IMG/VR virus record: IMGVR_UViG_3300031111_000003
Location: 2,165-66,164 of that record
DNA length: 64,000 bases
Strand: one strand, 5' to 3'
From: a virus
Lineage: Duplodnaviria; Caudoviricetes
Shown here: positions 9,640 through 19,500 of the stretch, one piece after another
Numbering within the stretch: position 1 is the first letter of the stretch
How the letters are laid out: each line of letters opens with the position of its first letter
Made by a program: the position numbers and the translations under genes
Notes under the pieces: model-generated
Told to the model about the DNA's origin: nothing
Database searches by the model: none
Seen by the model: the letters and a program-made list of their open reading frames with translations, nothing else

Positions 9640-12600
9640 CCGGACTCAGATCAAGACGCTAGTTCGTCCCAGCATATTCAGCGACCAAGTTGACCTCATT
9701 TCGTATGGCGAGGGGGCCAGCATTGCTGAAATCGTGGCCCATGCTGCGGAAAAGATGCTGCCGGAATCAGACATCCTGGTATGGATGAATGATGGCCGAG
9801 CCATTCCAGTGGTCAAGTGGGAGTCGACCTACCCCACAGTAAACGACGTCGTTTACGTGAAGCAGATCCCCGCCAGTGGCGGGGGCGGTGATGGTGGTAA
9901 GGACACCGGCATGGTGGTGCTGCAGATAGCCATCATGGCGGCAGCCATTGCAGTGTCAGCTGGAGCCCTGGGCCCTGCTGGTCTTGGATTGCTCGGTGAG
10001 TCGTTTGCTGCTGGTGGGATGGGAGCCATGATTGCTGGTGCTTCCGTCAGCATCGTTGGTGGGCTGGCAATGAACATGCTCAGCCAACCGCCCAGTCCCA
10101 ATGCGTCGCTGCCCACTTTTTCTGGCGGCATATCCGGCATTCAGGCCGGATCCAATGTGTACTCCATAGATGGTCCTCGCAACCGGATCAACAAATATGG
10201 AATACTGTCCCGTGGGTTTGGTAAGTTCCGGTCTTGGCCGGACTATGGGGCGCTGCCTTACACGTTCATCAACGGGGATGATGAATACGTGCGGTGTCTG
10301 TTTGTGATTGGGGCAGGCGACTACGAGCTGTCGGAACACAAGCTCGGCGAGACCGACTTCGGGGACTACGAAGATGTTAAATTTAACATCTATCGCAATC
10401 TGGACGTGCGAGATTGGTACCCACCGTTGTACAAGGGCTCCGTGGTGCAGGAGAACCTGGAACTGGAATTGATATATGGAGACGACTACACTACGCGCAC
10501 GACGAAAGATGGTGTGACCGAGATCGGGTTCGACATCGGGTTCAACCAGTTGTTCGGAGTGACCAGTAGGGGTAAAGACAGGGAAGTATCGGTAGCATTT
10601 CAGGCACAATACAAGAAAGTGGGCAGTGCAACGTGGAAAGCTGCCATACTTGGTGGGACGACACCAGATTCGAATACGTTAACTGCACACGAAGGAATAG
10701 GGTACGGAGCAAGTAACAGCCGTGCAGGTAGGATGTATTTGTATGGTGCGTGGAGCAACAATGTAGGAGAGGACGAAAATACCATCCAGATGTTCAATGG
10801 GCAGACTGTAGCTATTACTGGATTTACAGATGCCAGGCTCAATGTGGATGATTTACAAATACAGAATGTGGAATTTCTTAGTGGGACGCGTGGCGGTGTC
10901 CCGTTCGATTTCGTAATATACGGATATAGTGCAACTTTGGCAGCAACTGCTGTAAACTACATAGACGCTCCTGGCGACGATTGTATAATAACAGAAACGT
11001 CGTATGGGACGACATACACGTTTACGGAGTCGACCCGATCCATGTTCCGCAAGTCGTTCCGTATCCCAGTGGCGGAAGGGCAATACCAGTTTCGCATCAA
11101 GCGTACGACTGAGAGCAATACGTCGTTGCGCCAAGTGTACGACACCATGTACCTGACGGCCATCAAGTCGTTCCAGAATTTTGCCCCGCTGAATTTCGAC
11201 ATTCCAGTTACCGTTGTGGACATGGAGATCAGGGCCAGTAATCAGCTGAACGGGGCCGTGGACAATTACAACTGCATTGCGGAAGCGCTGATACCGGTGT
11301 ACGACGATACACTGGAAACGTGGAGCACCGAGAAGACACGCAACCCGGCTTGGGCCTATTGCGAAGTGATGAAGGGGGACAGCAACAACTTGGCCATCAG
11401 CGACTCCCGCATTTACTTCGACAATATCGTGGACTGGGCTAATGATGCGGATACGAACGGGTGGTATTTCGACCACGTGTTCGACTACCCGACGATAGTG
11501 GCCGAGGCATTGGACTTCATCGCCAGCACGTATCGGGCCAGTCGGGGTATGTATGATAACAAGCACACGGTGGTACAGGACAAGGTGCACACCACCCCGC
11601 GAGCCTTGATCACGCCGCGCAATAGCCGGGATTTTAGCGCGTCCAAGAATTTTAAAAACGCTGCCCCTCACACCCTGCGGGTCCGATTCCCCAACGCGGA
11701 AGCCGGGTACCAACAGGACGAGATCGTGGTGTACGATGACGGGTACGACGCTGACAGCGCCACCAACATCGATACTTTGGACCTGCTCGGCGTATCCAGC
11801 GCGGATCAGGCTTGGAAAGAAGCCCGGTACCGCTTGGCAGCGGCCCGGTTGCGCCCGGAGGTGTTCAGCTCCGTTCAGGACTTCGAGTACCTGCTTCTCA
11901 ACAGGGGCGATATGTTCGTCTTCCAGCATGACGTCCCGCTGCTGGGGGTTGGTGTGAGCCCCCGCATTTCCAGCATCGATGATACGGACGGAAGCGGTAA
12001 CGTGACGCAGGTGAGCGTGGATGGTAGCTTCGACTTGGACAGCACCAAGACGTACCAGGCGCGGGTCCGGTTGGCCGACAATACGTTCGCCATCGGCACG
12101 GTGGAGCCGGGGGCAACCACCACGTATACACAGTTGACGTTTACCAACAGCGGTGGCATCGGCACTAGCGCGGCAGTGGATGACCTCATTTCCCTGCGTG
12201 AATCCACCATTGACGAATCCGAGATGGTGTGCGTTGGGGTGCAGCCGGTGTCCGAACTGGAAGCGCGGATCTTCTTCCAGGAGCATGCCCCTGCAGTGCA
12301 CTCGGCTGACACTGGGGCTATTCCCGACTATGACCCTAAGATCACGTACCCTGTGCGGTACGAGAGAGACGTGCCACCGGCCCCGTCCCTGCAGCAGATT
12401 TACGCGGACGAAACCGCCCTCGCTGTCTATACTGGGGGTATACTGCAGCCTGGTATCCGGGCGAACTTCATCTGGAATCGGGCTGGCTGGCCAGGACAGG
12501 TGGACTTTCAGTTCCAGTACAAATTGTCAGATGCGGGGGACAGTTCGTGGGCTCAAGGTGGAGTAGTTTCACACGGCACGTGGTCACAGTTCATGGGCCC

Positions 12601-13741
12601 ATGTACTGAGGGGGAATATTACGATGTCCGGGTCCGGGCCGTGTCCCTTGTTGGCCTTGGTTCCAAGTGGGCCACTCGTGAGGGCATATACATCATCGGC
12701 AAGTCCTCGCTGCCCCCGGACGTGGGTCAGCTGATGTATGAGGATGGTAGCCTCGTCTGGGCCGACATCTCTCGCCCGGCTGACTTCTCCCACTACCGTA
12801 TTGCCTACAATGAGGGGAACAACCGCAACGGCAACTCAGCCACCGACATCAAGGGCAGCCCGACTACGGCAACCACGGTGGACGTTTCCTGGGCCAGCGG
12901 CACCACCACATTCTTCGTGTGGGCGGTTGACAGTGCTGGAAATGAAAGTGAAAATCCCGCCATTCTCGTCCGTAACATAATTGGCGTAGAAGCGGCCAAT
13001 GTGATAGAAACGGATAGTGAGGATCCTACCTTCTCCGGCACCAAGACGAATTGTACTGTCGACGGTGGCGTGCTCAAGGCCGACGGTGCCGACATTTGGG
13101 AGGGGGACGACGACAACCCGACTTGGACTGGTACGAGCACGAACGAGTGGTGGAGCAGTACGTACAAGAAGATGACTTACGAATGGACATATTCGGTGCC
13201 AGCAGCCGCCAGTCCATTACGAGCTGAGGACCGGCTGATCATAGACAAGACCACTACAGGGGCCGATGTCAAGCTCTACTACGCCACTGACAGCCAGGCC
13301 ATCCTCTGGACAGGGAATGATGACAACCCGATCTGGACCGGGGATGACGACGCGGCGTTCTGGGAAGGCCCGACTGACTATGCCAACTGGCCTGGATACT
13401 TATCCCCACCCGAGGACGATCTGGAATACTTCTTCAAGCTGGAGATCGGGCGCGGCAACACGCAGGGAACTGTGTCCGAGCTGGATGTGGTGTTCGATGC
13501 CGTGGACGTCAATGAGTTCTTCAACGACGTAGCCATCGCAGCATTAGGGACTCGACTGCCCCTGACCAAGACGTTTCGGTCCATCAAGCAGGTGCTACTG
13601 ACGTTGCAGGATGACGGCGGGGATGCGGAGTCAGTCAGAGTGCATGATAAGGATGAAACGGATGGTCCATTGGTTAAGGCGTATAACGATCTTCAAGCGG
13701 CCACGACCGGATCTGTGGACGCACATATACAAGGCTACTAA
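9626..13741 (+). CDS. tail tip/host-specificity protein (gpI-like N-terminus fused to gpJ-like, FN3 domains)
   Basis: 1371 aa; P..GGGG and Gly/Ala hydrophobic segment, TRNPAW, YDVRVRAVS (FN3). Confidence 0.85.
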   Translation: MSEHSRTQIKTLVRPSIFSDQVDLISYGEGASIAEIVAHAAEKMLPESDILVWMNDGRAIPVVKWESTYPTVNDVVYVKQIPASGGGGDGGKDTGMVVLQIAIMAAAIAVSAGALGPAGLGLLGESFAAGGMGAMIAGASVSIVGGLAMNMLSQPPSPNASLPTFSGGISGIQAGSNVYSIDGPRNRINKYGILSRGFGKFRSWPDYGALPYTFINGDDEYVRCLFVIGAGDYELSEHKLGETDFGDYEDVKFNIYRNLDVRDWYPPLYKGSVVQENLELELIYGDDYTTRTTKDGVTEIGFDIGFNQLFGVTSRGKDREVSVAFQAQYKKVGSATWKAAILGGTTPDSNTLTAHEGIGYGASNSRAGRMYLYGAWSNNVGEDENTIQMFNGQTVAITGFTDARLNVDDLQIQNVEFLSGTRGGVPFDFVIYGYSATLAATAVNYIDAPGDDCIITETSYGTTYTFTESTRSMFRKSFRIPVAEGQYQFRIKRTTESNTSLRQVYDTMYLTAIKSFQNFAPLNFDIPVTVVDMEIRASNQLNGAVDNYNCIAEALIPVYDDTLETWSTEKTRNPAWAYCEVMKGDSNNLAISDSRIYFDNIVDWANDADTNGWYFDHVFDYPTIVAEALDFIASTYRASRGMYDNKHTVVQDKVHTTPRALITPRNSRDFSASKNFKNAAPHTLRVRFPNAEAGYQQDEIVVYDDGYDADSATNIDTLDLLGVSSADQAWKEARYRLAAARLRPEVFSSVQDFEYLLLNRGDMFVFQHDVPLLGVGVSPRISSIDDTDGSGNVTQVSVDGSFDLDSTKTYQARVRLADNTFAIGTVEPGATTTYTQLTFTNSGGIGTSAAVDDLISLRESTIDESEMVCVGVQPVSELEARIFFQEHAPAVHSADTGAIPDYDPKITYPVRYERDVPPAPSLQQIYADETALAVYTGGILQPGIRANFIWNRAGWPGQVDFQFQYKLSDAGDSSWAQGGVVSHGTWSQFMGPCTEGEYYDVRVRAVSLVGLGSKWATREGIYIIGKSSLPPDVGQLMYEDGSLVWADISRPADFSHYRIAYNEGNNRNGNSATDIKGSPTTATTVDVSWASGTTTFFVWAVDSAGNESENPAILVRNIIGVEAANVIETDSEDPTFSGTKTNCTVDGGVLKADGADIWEGDDDNPTWTGTSTNEWWSSTYKKMTYEWTYSVPAAASPLRAEDRLIIDKTTTGADVKLYYATDSQAILWTGNDDNPIWTGDDDAAFWEGPTDYANWPGYLSPPEDDLEYFFKLEIGRGNTQGTVSELDVVFDAVDVNEFFNDVAIAALGTRLPLTKTFRSIKQVLLTLQDDGGDAESVRVHDKDETDGPLVKAYNDLQAATTGSVDAHIQGY

Positions 13742-13760
13742 CTGACTGGAGGATAAAGAC

Positions 13761-15002
13761 ATGACGGACATTCCGGCTACTACTTACTTGAACGACGCAA
13801 GGGATGAGGGCGAGTTCAAGACCGGGTTGATCACACCCATCTTGAATGTGTTGGCGGAAATTCTTGGTGGTGCCGCCGAATCGGAGCTGACCGTCAGTGG
13901 CGGATCAATCACGCCGACCGCTGCCAGTCACACGGTCGATACCGAGTCGGATGCAGCATCCGATGATTTGGATAACATAGCCACTACCAACCACCCTGAG
14001 AGTCGCTTCATCATTTTGCGATGTGCAGATGCCAGTCGGGTAACGACTATTAAGCATGAAAGTGGTGGAGCTGGTCAGATACACACTGGTGGCAGTGATA
14101 TTGATCTGGACAGCGTAAATAAACGAGTGCTGTTGCAGCGGGTGGGTGCCGACTGGTATGTGGTGGCAATATTTCACGCCGAACAAGACACCTACCTTTA
14201 TAGCGCCAACAACCTTTCCGACCTGGCCGACCCGGCCACGGCCTGGAGCAACCTGGGCCTGGACCCGGCTATGACTGCGGTCATGAGCCGGGCCAAATTC
14301 ACCTACAGTGACACGGATGAATTAACCGTCGGGCCTGGGGTCTATTACCACAGTGGGACGACCAACCAAGTCGTTCACTGGGATTCAGACATTACATTCC
14401 AAATTGGTTCTGGCGGTACAAACGGCGATTCCTCAGACGCCGGTACCTCGCAGTGGCAATACCTCTATATCGACGATTCGGCAGTGGTCACGTTAGGGTC
14501 CAACGAGCTGACGGCCACGGAGCTGCTCAACTCCACCACGGCCCCTACCTGGAGCGATGCCAAGGCCGGGTTTTATAACGGCAACGACCGCTGCGTATTT
14601 GCGTTTTATATAGATGGTTCCGGCAACATCGAGTACTTCTATCATGACGGCGGCGATTTCGTGCAATTCGATGAATTACAGGCAACTAACATTAACGATA
14701 CGGACGTTGACGCGTGGACTGATTGTGTATTGGTAATCCCGCTCTTCGGTTGTGCTCAACGCGCTGTCGTTGCAGCAAAATTACGCTACGTTGATGGGAA
14801 TATGGTCGGGTATTGGAGAACGAACGGCAGTTCAGCCACAGATAATCAAATGGGTCAAATTGTAAATACTTCAACATTGACCTTTAGCTCGTTTCCCGTG
14901 ACGACCGATGCAAACGGCAAGATCGAAGTCCTCGGGAATGCGGCCAACAATTCAACTATTTATATATGGACAGTGGGATGGTTTCTGCCCAGGGGGATAT
15001 AA
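13761..15002 (+). CDS. tail fibre/receptor-binding protein
   Basis: follows TipJ; VDTE.DAA.DDL..I and ANNLSDL.....A..NLGL fibre motifs; beta-rich C-terminus. Confidence 0.7.
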   Translation: MTDIPATTYLNDARDEGEFKTGLITPILNVLAEILGGAAESELTVSGGSITPTAASHTVDTESDAASDDLDNIATTNHPESRFIILRCADASRVTTIKHESGGAGQIHTGGSDIDLDSVNKRVLLQRVGADWYVVAIFHAEQDTYLYSANNLSDLADPATAWSNLGLDPAMTAVMSRAKFTYSDTDELTVGPGVYYHSGTTNQVVHWDSDITFQIGSGGTNGDSSDAGTSQWQYLYIDDSAVVTLGSNELTATELLNSTTAPTWSDAKAGFYNGNDRCVFAFYIDGSGNIEYFYHDGGDFVQFDELQATNINDTDVDAWTDCVLVIPLFGCAQRAVVAAKLRYVDGNMVGYWRTNGSSATDNQMGQIVNTSTLTFSSFPVTTDANGKIEVLGNAANNSTIYIWTVGWFLPRGI

Positions 15003-15006
15003 CGCT

Positions 15007-15225
15007 ATGGAAATAGCAATTATCTATCAGGTGTCGGATGGTGAGATCGTGGATCAGATCGGTGTGGACGCGCAGGTGGCAGGCGACGGCTCCACGGCCT
15101 GGGATCATGTCCAACGCAAGCTGTCCGACCCGGCTCTGGCCGTGCTGTTGGTACCGTGGCAGGATGGTTATCCCGATCGCGAGACGCAACGTGTGGAGGC
15201 CGGGGCCGTGGTGGATTATGAATAG
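15007..15225 (+). CDS. hypothetical protein (possible fibre chaperone)
   Basis: ATG 4 nt after the RBP stop; 72 aa. Confidence 0.5.
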   Translation: MEIAIIYQVSDGEIVDQIGVDAQVAGDGSTAWDHVQRKLSDPALAVLLVPWQDGYPDRETQRVEAGAVVDYE

Positions 15226-15279
15226 CCCTCCCGTGGTAGCGACTTTTCCACGTCAGTGAATTAAGCAGGAGAACGCAGA

Positions 15280-15825
15280 ATGACCATTCCCTCGCATGAA
15301 GAAATGGACCTGAACTGGATTGCAGATGTCGCAGGACACCACGTTCGCAACCTTTGTGACGTCGGAGCTATCAAGACTTTGGTCGCACTCCCGGCGTCCT
15401 TGGCCACGTGGCTGTTCGGCGGATTTGGTGAGCTGCTTCTGTCCCTCATCCTGATCATGGTGATCGACTTCACACTCGGGTTCATCCGTGCTTGGCGGGA
15501 ACATAATGTCTCCAGTCACAAGATGATGGGATGGGTGGTTAAGTTCTCCATGTACGGGATCGGCGTCATCCTGGCCAATCGGCTTGATACGGTTTTGGGG
15601 ATGTGCTTAGTGGACTTGCCGGTAGACCAGCTCAATGCCAACCTACGCACGTTCGTCATAGCCTACTTGTGCATATCCGAGTCCATATCGGTTTTGGAGC
15701 ACATGGGGCACTTGGGATTCCGGGTGCCGAGAATATTCATTAAGCGCCTTCAGCAATATCGGGATGGGCTCGATGGCGGTGAAGGGGATGGCAGTCCGCC
15801 CACGGACAAAGGGGATGACAAATGA
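15280..15825 (+). CDS. holin (phage holin 4_1-like)
   Basis: LFGG...L..L...M.ID...G...A, S..M..., E..S.LEH...LG..VP motifs; TM segments. Confidence 0.8.
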   Translation: MTIPSHEEMDLNWIADVAGHHVRNLCDVGAIKTLVALPASLATWLFGGFGELLLSLILIMVIDFTLGFIRAWREHNVSSHKMMGWVVKFSMYGIGVILANRLDTVLGMCLVDLPVDQLNANLRTFVIAYLCISESISVLEHMGHLGFRVPRIFIKRLQQYRDGLDGGEGDGSPPTDKGDDK

Positions 15826-16265
15826 AATATGTGAAGGCAGGACTCTTCGTATTCGCGGTGGTCTTGGCCGTGTGCCTTTCGGCATGCAATAAGACCGAGT
15901 TCGAGAAGATGGCCTACAACATCGACAACACGGCTCAGACGACGTACGATCTGTCCATGACGTTGGCCGCGAAGATGGCCGACGACGGAACCATCTCGGA
16001 GGAGCAGTGGGCGACGATCGCCAAGTACGGCGGGCACGTCCAGTCTGCGGGCCTGGTCGCCACAGCGGCTATGAAGGAATACCACGCCGTTATCAACGCC
16101 GATACCGTCGACGCCACCAAGGCTGAAGCCGCCTTTGCCCAGGCGAGGGCGGCACTGCTGGCCTTGATTGAGAGCGCCGATGCTTTGATTGGCGTGGCCA
16201 ACAACTACGGGATCCAGGTGCCGACCGCCATTTGGCCATCGATACCCGAATCCGAATCCCAGTAG
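15822..16265 (+). CDS. lipoprotein (possible spanin-like)
   Basis: signal peptide with lipobox LSAC; helical Ala-rich body; follows the holin. Confidence 0.6.
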   Translation: MKYVKAGLFVFAVVLAVCLSACNKTEFEKMAYNIDNTAQTTYDLSMTLAAKMADDGTISEEQWATIAKYGGHVQSAGLVATAAMKEYHAVINADTVDATKAEAAFAQARAALLALIESADALIGVANNYGIQVPTAIWPSIPESESQ

Positions 16266-16275
16266 GAGGTGAACC

Positions 16276-16452
16276 ATGGAAGGTCTCAGCATAACCACTA
16301 TCCTGGCCATCGTCAAGTTCGGCATCGAGGAGGGCGTTCCGGCAGTGCAGAAATTGCTGGATGGATACAACAAGGAAAAGATCACGGACGATGACTGGGA
16401 CGAGCTGATGGAAGCCTGGGGCAAGCCCCCGGAGGACTACCGTAAGTCCTAG
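16276..16452 (+). CDS. 58-aa hypothetical protein (not in ORF track)
   Basis: AGGAGGT SD; MEGLSITTILAIVKFGIEEG...PPEDYRKS. Confidence 0.6.
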   Translation: MEGLSITTILAIVKFGIEEGVPAVQKLLDGYNKEKITDDDWDELMEAWGKPPEDYRKS

Positions 16453-16507
16453 TCTGGAATAGCCTGAAAGCTGCTAGCGGGTTCAGCCCCGTAGTGGTCT
16501 TGAAGGT

Positions 16508-16553
16508 GGCGGGAGCTCGTCCCACTGGGCGGACAGACGGGCTCCCGCCTTTT
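16508..16553 (+). terminator. intrinsic terminator ending the late operon
   Basis: GGCGGGAGCTCGTC / GACGGGCTCCCGCC stem followed by TTTT, at the convergence of the two transcription directions. Confidence 0.75.
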
Positions 16554-16574
16554 GTGTGTAGTACAGTTAGTTAC

Positions 16575-19500
16575 CTACAGTGCATCAAACTGCGCTTTTG
16601 CAGCAGCGAGGCGGGCTTTGAAGTCCGCAATAACAGCGGCTCTGAAATCGGCAACGATGTTCTTATCACATTTAGCACCGTTCATTGTACGGTATATACC
16701 GCTATCCCCGGGGATTCTGACGGATGGGACAATACGGTTGCCTTCCCAGTCACGTATTGCCTCGTTTAGCTCGTCCATCTCGTGCACAAGTTCCACTGCC
16801 TTGTTGAAAAAGTCTTTGTCCATTACCATCCCCTTTTTGTGACGTTTGCTTAGGGTTAGAAGACATCCTAAATAAAATTAAGGGCCGTGGTCCGCGTTTT
16901 ATGGTAAAACATGTCAGGCGAAGTGCTAGACGTGTTAAACGACGTCACCGTGTTTTTTGTTGATTCTTTCCGGGCTTCCATTTCGTTTGGATTTTACCCA
17001 CAGTCTAAAACGGCACTTCATTATAGAAATTTTCTTATATATTTTTGCGATGGTTTCACAGATGACAAAAATAAACAGCACTGCAAGGATTATTATATGA
17101 ACACCAGCACCACTTTCGTACACGATTTTTGTAAAAGGATCCATAGTTAATTCCTTGTTGAACAGTAAAAGGTGTTGGGTAGTATGCTAGATGCCTTATT
17201 ACTGTGTTTTGTTGGTTCTTTCCGGGCTCTCTCCAGGCTTCCACTCCTGCTCCACGGCCCGGCACCGGCCCATGAACATGTCCGGAACAATGCCGTGTGC
17301 GACCTCAACTTCCACCAACTCGAATTTCACTAGGCTGTGCTTAAATTCGACGATGAACGTGAACCCCCTTTGGGGGTGCGGCGTCTTCCAGCCATGCACC
17401 CTATACGTCTCACTGCCGCTAAGCCCCTTGCGCCGCACCTCGTCGTTATCCAGGTGGACGGCGTTGCCCCAGCCATTGTCACGGCAGTCGTGGTCAGCCT
17501 TCATCATCTTGTGTCTCCTTGGGCATCCCGGCCTCGACGGCGTCGAGGGCATTCTTGAACTCGCGCACTTGGCCATCCCAAGCCGTTCTTATCGAAATTG
17601 GCATATACTCATCTGCTGTTTCGTACATGCTATCAGAGGTATCGCAAAGACACCGCACCTTCTCAACCCACTCGCGGTTCACGGTGACGGTATCAGGCCG
17701 CGAAACGCCACCGTCGCCATGGCGGATGTGCTCTAGGTCCATGGGGACGGCAGGGCTGGGCTGCCATTCATCATAATCACAGACACCTGTATGACCACAA
17801 CCCTCACAGTTGCATTTATAACAGTTATTTACTCCAGCTAGTTTTGCTGCCATACGGTGTTTTATTTTTTCGTGATATTCGCCCATCACTTCCCCCTCCC
17901 GCCACTTGGCGAGGATGTTACAAATTCGCTTATACATACAGTAGTCAGCGTGATATTGTGGTTCGTCCGTCTTGGTCGTGCAGGTACAACTTGCAACCTG
18001 TAACCTAACAACGTCGGCAACCATGCCCTCCATGGCCGTTTTGGAGGCGGCGAGTTGTTGCTGTCGCCAGCAATATGTCTCGCCGTCCACGTCGCGGACA
18101 ATACCGCTTGGCATTGCAGCGCACTTTTCCTTTTTCGCGGCGGCGAGTTGGATGGCTAGATCATGCGCTCGATTGCGCCAGTGCTGGCGACGTTGTTCCA
18201 CAGCGGCGAGTTGTTCCTCCAGGTCTTCGGCCCGTGCCTTCCACACCTTTTTCGACCCCACCATCCACTGTTCCTTGCCGGAATACTCGACGTGGCCGCC
18301 ACACTTGGGGCAAGAAATGCCGCGCCTGTCGCCCTGTACCTCAAGGATAGATTCATTTGGTTCACCGACCCACAGACACTCCTGGTTGGAGCAGTAGATG
18401 ATGCAGTTATCCATGATGACGGACCAGTAGAAGTCCCGCTCCTCCTCCATGGCGGCGAGTTGGGCGCGGAGTAACAAAGCTGTCTTAGCAACTCTCCAAT
18501 ACACATGCGGAGTGTAATCAGAAGCGACTAAATATTTCGCTGTTTCTAGTCCTTCTTTGATATTGATATCTTCAAACATCACTCTCTCCCGTCGCTTCTT
18601 GATTTAATAGTTGCTTTAAGATATCTGCATTAGCAACACAAAGTCCTTTACAGCGGTTACACAATTCATAATCAAATGAATCCATATCAATTATTACTCT
18701 CACTTCTCCTTGCCCGTTACATTTTGGGCAAACTCCAAGTATTTTATCGCGCATTGTTTTATAAAACCTCAAATCATCTTCTATTTTTTTCTGTTTTGCT
18801 TCCAATTCACATATCTTGTCAAGAACATGCCTGCCGAACTCACTAATTGTTTTCATTACTTTTCTCCCATCGCCTCGCGGGCGACTGGTGAACCGCTGTA
18901 CCCATTGATAAATGCTTCCACTTCTGCAATGGCACTTTCACTTGGGCAATAATACTTTTCGGCATACTCAATCGCAGCCAATGCAGCAGCTAGCGCCGCG
19001 TCCTTGCTGGCCACCTCGGCCTTGAGCACCTCGTTTTCCGTCAGCACGGCGGCGACATCAAGGTCCGGCTGCGATCCGTCAGGATTGGCCGGGAAGCGTT
19101 TTTCGAGCAGCGAGACAAGCCGGTTGTAATCGGCCTCAAGCTCGGCAACGCGGGCCTTGAGGTCGTGGTATTCCTGGTAGGTACATTGCCGATGGTATGT
19201 TCTATCAGCGATTGTACCGACAACGCGCTCAAAGATGCGTGCAAGTTGTTTGTTCCCTTCGACCTTCTTGCGCGACAAAATACGCCTATCATCCTCGACG
19301 GTGTCTAACCGCTGGATAATCTCATCCAAGCACTCCACCGCCTCGTCGCGGGCGTTGGTCATGCACTCCAACCGCTCCGCGTAGTCCTTCAGCGCGGCGG
19401 CGATCAGTTTGTGCGAGGTAAGCACTTGAATATGTTGTAACCCGTCATCGTCATAAATACGTTCTCCCGTAGGAGTATCCATCATCAGTTGCGCCAACTC

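Noticed and set aside
10853-12301. Long antisense ORFs (e.g. 482 aa here, 2057-3055, 23106-24119, 54588-55544)
   Set aside because: Antisense shadows of high-GC3 genes, with no motifs or SD.
13761-15002. Diversity-generating retroelement targeting the tail fibre
   Set aside because: No reverse transcriptase and no second copy of the 3' region noticed in the window.
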